Position numbers and translations under genes: made by a program
Notes under the pieces: generated by a model
Database searches by the model: none
Told to the model about the DNA's origin: nothing
What the model saw: only the letters and a program-made list of their open reading frames with translations
Part shown: positions 58,396-64,000 of the stretch, in pieces
Layout of the letters: every line of letters begins with the position of its first letter
How positions within the stretch are numbered: the stretch's first letter is position 1
Assembly (NCBI GenBank): GCA_007129255.1
Contig: SKVW01000053.1
Location: 306-64,305 of the forward strand
Reading direction: 5' to 3'
Source of the DNA: Bacteroidales bacterium
Lineage (GTDB): Bacteria > Bacteroidota > Bacteroidia > Bacteroidales > UBA7960
Length of the DNA stretch: 64,000 nt

Positions 58396-59460
58396 TTAAT
58401 ATCTAAGGATTGCCGCTATTTTTTCATGCTCTTTCAAAGAGCCGTTTTCTACAAAAAGAACCCTTCCCCCTTTGTTGATGGCCAGCTCTGCGACCTCGTC
58501 CACTGCATCATCCATGGTACCGTTGCCCTGCGGCTTATGCAGAAAAGTAAGTGTATTTTGGTTTTCCAGTTTTGCGGGCTGGTGGTAATCTTCCTCAATA
58601 AGCAGCAAACCGGTGCGCCCCTGTGAGGTAAAATTCCATACTTGCGACAATCCGGAGGCATATTTCCCATTACTTACAGCTTTATTCAGATCTTCAAGTG
58701 CCTCGTTGCGGACTTCCTGCATTTTTTCCTTAACCTTTGGCCAGGCTTTTTTACCAAGGTCATGGACAGAGGCATTGTCAAAGTTTCCGCTTAGCTGTGT
58801 TAAAATTATGTCCTTATTGTCTGCAACTTCCCGATATAGCGAAAGATTTTTTTCAACACCTGCCAGTACCAGCTTTTCAGGATCTTTTTTAATGATCTCT
58901 AAAACTCTTTTGTCTACATTGTTATAGAACTCTTTTAGTTTTTTCTTTTTTTCTCTTGATAGATCGGACAGATTGAACTGTGCAAATTCCATATCATTTT
59001 CCACAGGAAAGCCATCGGAAATTTCCACGGCATCGTCTCTGAAACAACTCATCAGGCGGGCCTTTTGAGCCGTAATTGCCAGTAAATAATACCGTGTGCC
59101 CCGGTTGACGCTTTTTATGATGTCCCGCGTAGCAAAGGTTTTGTCAATAATCACCCTTTCCCTCACCCTGAATGGGAGGTCAACTTTTTCAGCAAAATCT
59201 TTACTGATAAACAAGCCCAGACCATCTAAAGTCCTGCTAATATCAATATTATTGGCCAATGCTTGCATTTTTCCGATCAAGGGGGTTATATCCCTTTTAG
59301 GGAATTCGCCAAGCAGCCTTTCCTCTGCTTCCCGAACCAGATTCCTGATCCGGATAGCGTTTTTTTGATTATCCGGGGCTGTCCGATAGGTGGGCAGCAA
59401 AATGGAAACACAGGGATAATCATTTACTTCCATTAACTTTTTCAATACAATTTGATTCAT
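58396..59460 (-). CDS. eRF1/Pelota-like (bacterial aeRF1-superfamily) protein
   Basis: 354 aa. The ordered landmarks YPCVSILLPTYR, RYYLLAITAQKARL, KLVLAGVEKNLSLY, GLLLIEEDY and the C-terminal EKIAAILRY parallel the eRF1/Pelota central and C-terminal domains. No GGQ motif. Confidence 0.55.
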   Translation of the reverse strand: MNQIVLKKLMEVNDYPCVSILLPTYRTAPDNQKNAIRIRNLVREAEERLLGEFPKRDITPLIGKMQALANNIDISRTLDGLGLFISKDFAEKVDLPFRVRERVIIDKTFATRDIIKSVNRGTRYYLLAITAQKARLMSCFRDDAVEISDGFPVENDMEFAQFNLSDLSREKKKKLKEFYNNVDKRVLEIIKKDPEKLVLAGVEKNLSLYREVADNKDIILTQLSGNFDNASVHDLGKKAWPKVKEKMQEVRNEALEDLNKAVSNGKYASGLSQVWNFTSQGRTGLLLIEEDYHQPAKLENQNTLTFLHKPQGNGTMDDAVDEVAELAINKGGRVLFVENGSLKEHEKIAAILRY

Positions 59461-59643
59461 AACACGCAGATTTATTAATCGTTAAACATAACGGCTTTAT
59501 ACCCAAAATATACGCATAATTGGTATTATAAACAATTATTTTTTTGCTCCGGTCAAAATATTTCTTAAAAGCGAAAAACCTTGCGCGCACTTCTCCCGGA
59601 GAAGTTTTAAAGTTGATATACGAAATAAGGTTGTCCGGGAAAA

Positions 59644-60894
59644 ATGATAATTTTGCAAAAAAAAACCGAACCTTTGAATACTCCATTATTTATTGCCAGG
59701 AGATTGAATAAAAGCCGTGAAGGAAATAGCTTTACCGGGTTAATAAAAAAAATATCCATGCTGAGCATTGCACTTGGCCTGGCGGTGATGATCATTTCTG
59801 TGGCGGTAGTAACTGGTTTTCAGAACGAGATCAGGGAAAAGGTAATCGGATTTGGTTCCCATATTCAAATCACCAATTACGATTTTAATATTTCTTACGA
59901 AGCCCGGCCCATTGTTAAAGACCAGGATTTTGCCCGGGAGATAAAGCAAATTGAAGAAGTACGGCATGTGCAGGAATTTGCCACCAAAGCCGGGATCATA
60001 AAAACCGATGAGGACATCCATGGAATCATTCTTAAAGGGGTGGGCCCTGATTTTGACTGGACATTTTTCAGGGAGCGATTGGTTGAAGGTTCGGTGTTAA
60101 ATTTGACGGATACGGACAGGTCTGATGAGGTGATCATTTCAGGTTTTATGTCCAGGCGACTGAATATCGGTACCGGGGATGACATTTTTGTGTATTTTAT
60201 CCAGGAACCACCCCGAATCAGGCGCCTGACCATTGCCGGTGTTTATGAAACAGGCCTTGAAGAACTTGATGAGCTTTTTGTCCTTGGGGATATCCGGCAT
60301 ATTCAACGCCTTAATAATTGGAGTGAAGATCAGATTGGTGGATACGAAATCCTGGTATACGATTACCGGGACATTGCCCAAACTACCGAAGCCGTTTTCG
60401 ATATTATCCCTTATCATCTGGATGCAAGGAGTATCCGGGAGTTGTATCCCCAGATATTTGACTGGCTGGCGTTACTGGACATGAATGTTTATGTTATCCT
60501 TTTCCTGATGGTGTTGGTGGCGGGTATCAATATGATCACCACCCTGCTTATAGGGGTGCTTGAAAAAACCAACCTGATCGGTATTTTAAAAGCTGTTGGG
60601 GGCAACAATGATTTTGTCAGAAGGGTTTTTCTTTATAATGCAGCTTTTTTGATCGCTAAGGGGCTTTTATGGGGCAACCTGGTTGGCCTGACCTTTGGAT
60701 GGGTGCAAAACCATTATGGCCTGATAAAACTTGATCAGGAGTCTTATTATGTGTCAGAAGTGCCTATTAATATTGAATGGTTCCACGTAATTCTGCTAAA
60801 TGGGGGTACTTTTGCCATTTGTATGATCATGCTGCTGGTCCCATCTTACATTGTAACCCGTATTTCACCGGTAAAAGCCATTATTTTCCGCTAA
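59644..60894 (+). CDS. FtsX/LolC/LolE-family ABC transporter permease
   Basis: 416 aa with an N-terminal TM helix, a large periplasmic loop, and three C-terminal TM helices of an FtsX-type domain. Confidence 0.85.
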   Translation: MIILQKKTEPLNTPLFIARRLNKSREGNSFTGLIKKISMLSIALGLAVMIISVAVVTGFQNEIREKVIGFGSHIQITNYDFNISYEARPIVKDQDFAREIKQIEEVRHVQEFATKAGIIKTDEDIHGIILKGVGPDFDWTFFRERLVEGSVLNLTDTDRSDEVIISGFMSRRLNIGTGDDIFVYFIQEPPRIRRLTIAGVYETGLEELDELFVLGDIRHIQRLNNWSEDQIGGYEILVYDYRDIAQTTEAVFDIIPYHLDARSIRELYPQIFDWLALLDMNVYVILFLMVLVAGINMITTLLIGVLEKTNLIGILKAVGGNNDFVRRVFLYNAAFLIAKGLLWGNLVGLTFGWVQNHYGLIKLDQESYYVSEVPINIEWFHVILLNGGTFAICMIMLLVPSYIVTRISPVKAIIFR

Positions 60895-60907
60895 CTGATG
60901 CAGGATA

Positions 60908-61558
60908 TCAAAACAGCAGCCCTACACTGAAAATATATTGCTGAGGGCGGGTATTTAAGGAAAATTCATTATCATTATAGGAAAAACCATCTCCAAATCG
61001 ACTCAGGCTGCCTTCATAACGGGCGTCAAAAAGGAGGTTTCCAAAAGCCAGGCCAACCCCAACCTGGTAACCAAGCGAAAAATTTTCCAATTTTGGTGAA
61101 AAGTCATTTTCATCACCTGCATCAAAAGACTGATTCAGCAGAAAGGAAAAGGAAGGACCCACCCCTACTTTAAGCGGTCCCAATTTGGTACCTACAATTA
61201 CAGGTAAAACGAAATGATTGAAGCGGTGGGTGAAAAAGTCCGGATTTTGATCTGCAACATCTGCCGGAGGATCAATCCTGTAGTCTCTGCCGTTGCGTGT
61301 AAACAAAAATTCTGGTTGTAAATAAAAACCCGGCAAAACAATTTCACTTACCAGCCCAAAGTGAAAACCCGTGTATGCGTCAGACAGGGCAACCACTCGT
61401 TGTTCTTCGGCCATGGCAGCTTTGTCAGAAGATAAACTAGAAAAATTCATCCCGGCTTTTATTCCGAAACCTATCTTTGGCCGGGTAATGATTTGTGCGT
61501 GGGCGACACCACTGAAAATAAAAAATAACAAAACCAGGGAAACAAGATTTTTTTTCAT
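60908..61558 (-). CDS. Outer-membrane beta-barrel (porin-family) protein
   Basis: Signal peptide (FIFSGVAHAQ), alternating beta-strand pattern, and a C-terminal ...FSVGLLF with terminal Phe. Confidence 0.75.
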   Translation of the reverse strand: MKKNLVSLVLLFFIFSGVAHAQIITRPKIGFGIKAGMNFSSLSSDKAAMAEEQRVVALSDAYTGFHFGLVSEIVLPGFYLQPEFLFTRNGRDYRIDPPADVADQNPDFFTHRFNHFVLPVIVGTKLGPLKVGVGPSFSFLLNQSFDAGDENDFSPKLENFSLGYQVGVGLAFGNLLFDARYEGSLSRFGDGFSYNDNEFSLNTRPQQYIFSVGLLF

Positions 61559-61630
61559 ATCTGAAAAATTTACAGGAGTGTTTTTTTTCTATACCAAAAT
61601 ACTAAAAAAATGGTTTCTTTTTAATGATTT

Positions 61631-61656
61631 AAAAAAAAGCCGGATAAACCGGCTTT
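61631..61656 (-). terminator. Rho-independent terminator after the DUF349 gene
   Basis: Stem AAGCCGG / CCGGCTT. On the minus strand a T8 run follows it. Confidence 0.65.
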
Positions 61657-61667
61657 TCAAAAGGGTA

Positions 61668-64000
61668 TTATTCAGAGTTTCGCAAGATTTTAAGCTTTTC
61701 GTCCAGTATGGCAATTTCCTGGCGGGCCTTTTCTATTTTTTCCTCAAACTCCGCCTTTAATACATCTGCTTTTTTAGATGAGGCAAAAAAGCCGATGTTG
61801 TTTTCCCAAAGATTGATATCATTCTGTAAGGCGTTGATCTTATTGCTTATAAAGTTGCGCTCCTTGTAAATGATATTATCTGCCTGTGGCGAATTCTTGA
61901 TGTTTTCTATTTTGGTTCGGAAAGAAAGGGTGCTTTTAGCCTTCTTACTGATTTTGAGAATTTCAAATTGATCATCAATGGCTTTTCGGAATTCATTCTG
62001 GATTTTATCTTTTTGTTTGATAGGCACATGTCCGATGTCCATCCACTCACGCTGAAACTCCTTAAGCGTTTTAAGGTTTTCATTGTTGTCGTCAGCATAT
62101 TGATGGGTTTTTATCTTTTCAATGAGTGCTTTTTTCTTTTCCAGATTTTCTTCCTGTTTCTCCCCAATACTGGAGAAATGTTCGCTTTTTCTGTTGAAAA
62201 AATCATCGCAGGCTGCCCGGAAACGTTTCCATATCTTATCGGAAAACTTAGCCGGAACGGGGCCGATTTTTTTCCATTGCTTCTGCAGATCAATCAGTTC
62301 TTCGGTGGTTCGCCTCCAGTCTTCGCTGTCTTTGAGGGCTTCGGCCTGCATGCAAAGGTTTAGCTTTTGATTGTAGTTCTCTGTTTGTACTTCCTTAAAT
62401 TTCCTGAAAAACTCCTTTTTATTTTTAAAAAAGCTATCCAGGGCTGTCCGGAAACGATTCCAAATTTCATTGTTAACCTTTTTTGGGGCAAAACCAATGG
62501 ATTTCCAAACCTTGAAAAGTTCATTGATCTCATCGGTGCTTTTTTGCCATTGCCGGGGTGAATCGGGTTGACGGGAAGCAACCTCTTCTGCTTTTTCGCA
62601 AAGCAATATTTTGGCTGCATAATTCTTGTTCTGCTCTTCACGGAGGTTATCGTAATGTTCCTGCCGGCGGCTATTGAGCTTATCGGTGGCTGCTTTGAAC
62701 CGGTCCCAAAGTTCATCTTTTTTGTCTTTGGGTACCGGGCCTGTTTCTTTCCAGGCTTCATGAAGTTTTTGTAATCGCTGAAAAGATTTGGTAATAGAGG
62801 GTTCCAACAGCAGCTCTTCGGCTTTTTCGCAAAGTTCGGTTTTGGTTTCCAGGTTCTTTTTCAGGTCAAGATCCTTGAGTTCCTTGTTAATTTTTACCTT
62901 GTCAAAAAACTTTTCTACCAGGAAATGGTAGTTATTCCAAAGTGTGCCTTTGGAGCCCTGCGGTATTGGCCCCACCTGCCTCCATCTTTCCTGAAGGTCG
63001 TTAAAAAGATCATAGGTCTTTTTCAACTCCTCTTCGGAGTCGATCAGGTTGCGCAGCTCTTCAAGGATGTTTTCCTTGATTTTCAGGTTTTCCTGTTTGC
63101 GTTGTTCCAGCTCCTGGTCGTAAATGGACTTTTTTTCTTTGTAAATGGCAAAAGCGGCATCAAATCTTTCGGTCAAAGGGTCTGCAGGCTTTTCCGGGGT
63201 TTCTTCCTGGGGGTTGTCCTTATCCAGGGATTTTTCAAAATCATCCAGGGATGCTTCCTTTACCAATTTGCGGAAAGAAGCCTTAATGAATCCAATGTGT
63301 TTCCTGATGGTATTAACATCTTCCTCTTTTACAAGGTTTTCCAGGGCTTCTACCAGTTCCTCCTGCTTCATTTGGTTGTAGCGTTCGCTTAGGTCCTCGG
63401 TATCGTCTTTTTCCTCTTTATCCTCAAAGGATTTTTCAGGACCTTTGGTTTTTTCAGGTTTCCCGGTTTCTTCATCGGCGGCTTCCGCAGCAGGTTTTTC
63501 CTCTTCGGGCGATGAAACAGGAGATGAATCCGCGGTCTGCGCCGGATCAGCTACTTCCGGTCCGGGGGAAGCTGCCTGCTCTGATGTGGATTCTTTTTTA
63601 TTTACGGGGGACTTTTCTTCCTTTGCTTCGGAATTTGCTGCAGATGTTCCGGAAACGGGCTTGTTTGCATTCTCCGCTTGGGTTTCCGGTGATTTTTCTT
63701 TTTCTGCACTGGCACCATCCCGGGTTTCCTCATCCAAAGGTTTTTCAACCTGGTTTTTTTCTTCAGCGTTTTTCACCTGGTTGTCGGGGACAACAGGTTT
63801 TTCTTCTGAGGAAGCTTCTTCTGAAGACTTTTCTTTTTCTGCGGTATCAGATTCCTGAGCAGGCAGTGAAGCAATCGTCTCCTCCGTTTCCTCTTTTTTT
63901 AGCCCGGAAGTTTTTTCTCCTTTTTCAGGAGCTGGAGATGAATCAACAGTTTTTTGGTCCCCATCAGTCTTTTCGGGTGATTGTTCCTGATCTTTGGGGC
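61668..64000 (-). CDS. DUF349 repeat protein (5-prime partial; reading frame open to the window edge)
   Basis: At least five repeats of the pattern W(K/R)xxGP(V/I)P...W(N/D/K)RF+ (for example QWKKIGPVPAKFSDKIWKRFRAACDDFF). The tracked start at 63776 is a GTG. The same frame stays stop-free through 64000, encoding an acidic Ser/Glu/Pro-rich N-terminal region. Confidence 0.8.
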   Translation of the reverse strand, partial: PKDQEQSPEKTDGDQKTVDSSPAPEKGEKTSGLKKEETEETIASLPAQESDTAEKEKSSEEASSEEKPVVPDNQVKNAEEKNQVEKPLDEETRDGASAEKEKSPETQAENANKPVSGTSAANSEAKEEKSPVNKKESTSEQAASPGPEVADPAQTADSSPVSSPEEEKPAAEAADEETGKPEKTKGPEKSFEDKEEKDDTEDLSERYNQMKQEELVEALENLVKEEDVNTIRKHIGFIKASFRKLVKEASLDDFEKSLDKDNPQEETPEKPADPLTERFDAAFAIYKEKKSIYDQELEQRKQENLKIKENILEELRNLIDSEEELKKTYDLFNDLQERWRQVGPIPQGSKGTLWNNYHFLVEKFFDKVKINKELKDLDLKKNLETKTELCEKAEELLLEPSITKSFQRLQKLHEAWKETGPVPKDKKDELWDRFKAATDKLNSRRQEHYDNLREEQNKNYAAKILLCEKAEEVASRQPDSPRQWQKSTDEINELFKVWKSIGFAPKKVNNEIWNRFRTALDSFFKNKKEFFRKFKEVQTENYNQKLNLCMQAEALKDSEDWRRTTEELIDLQKQWKKIGPVPAKFSDKIWKRFRAACDDFFNRKSEHFSSIGEKQEENLEKKKALIEKIKTHQYADDNNENLKTLKEFQREWMDIGHVPIKQKDKIQNEFRKAIDDQFEILKISKKAKSTLSFRTKIENIKNSPQADNIIYKERNFISNKINALQNDINLWENNIGFFASSKKADVLKAEFEEKIEKARQEIAILDEKLKILRNSE

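Noticed and set aside
63445-63858. 137-codon plus-strand ORF opposite the DUF349 N-terminal region
   Set aside because: It is the complement of low-complexity acidic coding sequence. The DUF349 frame on the minus strand is the supported one.
1-64000. Window-wide search for rRNA, tRNA, tmRNA, CRISPR arrays, transposases, integrases and phage modules
   Set aside because: I found none by eye in the sequence or the ORF track. A tRNAscan/Infernal run would be needed to exclude small RNAs formally.

Overview
This 64-kb chromosomal segment reads as a Bacteroidota-type genome. That is an inference from a complete MoxR/DUF58/BatA-E aerotolerance-type operon, several exact TAnnTTTG -7 boxes with TTTG about 20 nt upstream, mutL followed by two rhomboid genes, a split transketolase and a long-tailed S16. 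About 60 tightly packed protein-coding genes are present, and many are housekeeping: dnaE, uvrB, mutL, clpB, ettA, rpsP-rimM, trxA, PBP1A and transketolase. Reading both strands by eye I found no rRNA, tRNA, CRISPR array, transposase, integrase or phage genes, so this is not an obvious mobile or defence island. The items most worth a second look are single genes or gene pairs with unusual domain architectures. (1) A solo eRF1/Pelota-like (bacterial aeRF1-type) protein lies next to clpB. (2) A cNMP-binding-like domain is fused to aspartate ammonia-lyase, with a translationally coupled unknown ORF downstream. (3) A membrane PAS plus GAF-like sensor has no kinase module and overlaps an Hpt gene. 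(4) A protein with a degenerate receiver and a His-less Hpt-like domain lies next to a genuine Hpt gene. (5) A secreted VWA/MIDAS protein is wedged inside the split transketolase operon, which runs on into an ECF sigma module. (6) The Bat operon carries an extra BatD-like paralog, and a second orphan DUF58 sits elsewhere. All domain calls come from motif reading of the supplied translations; no database search was run.
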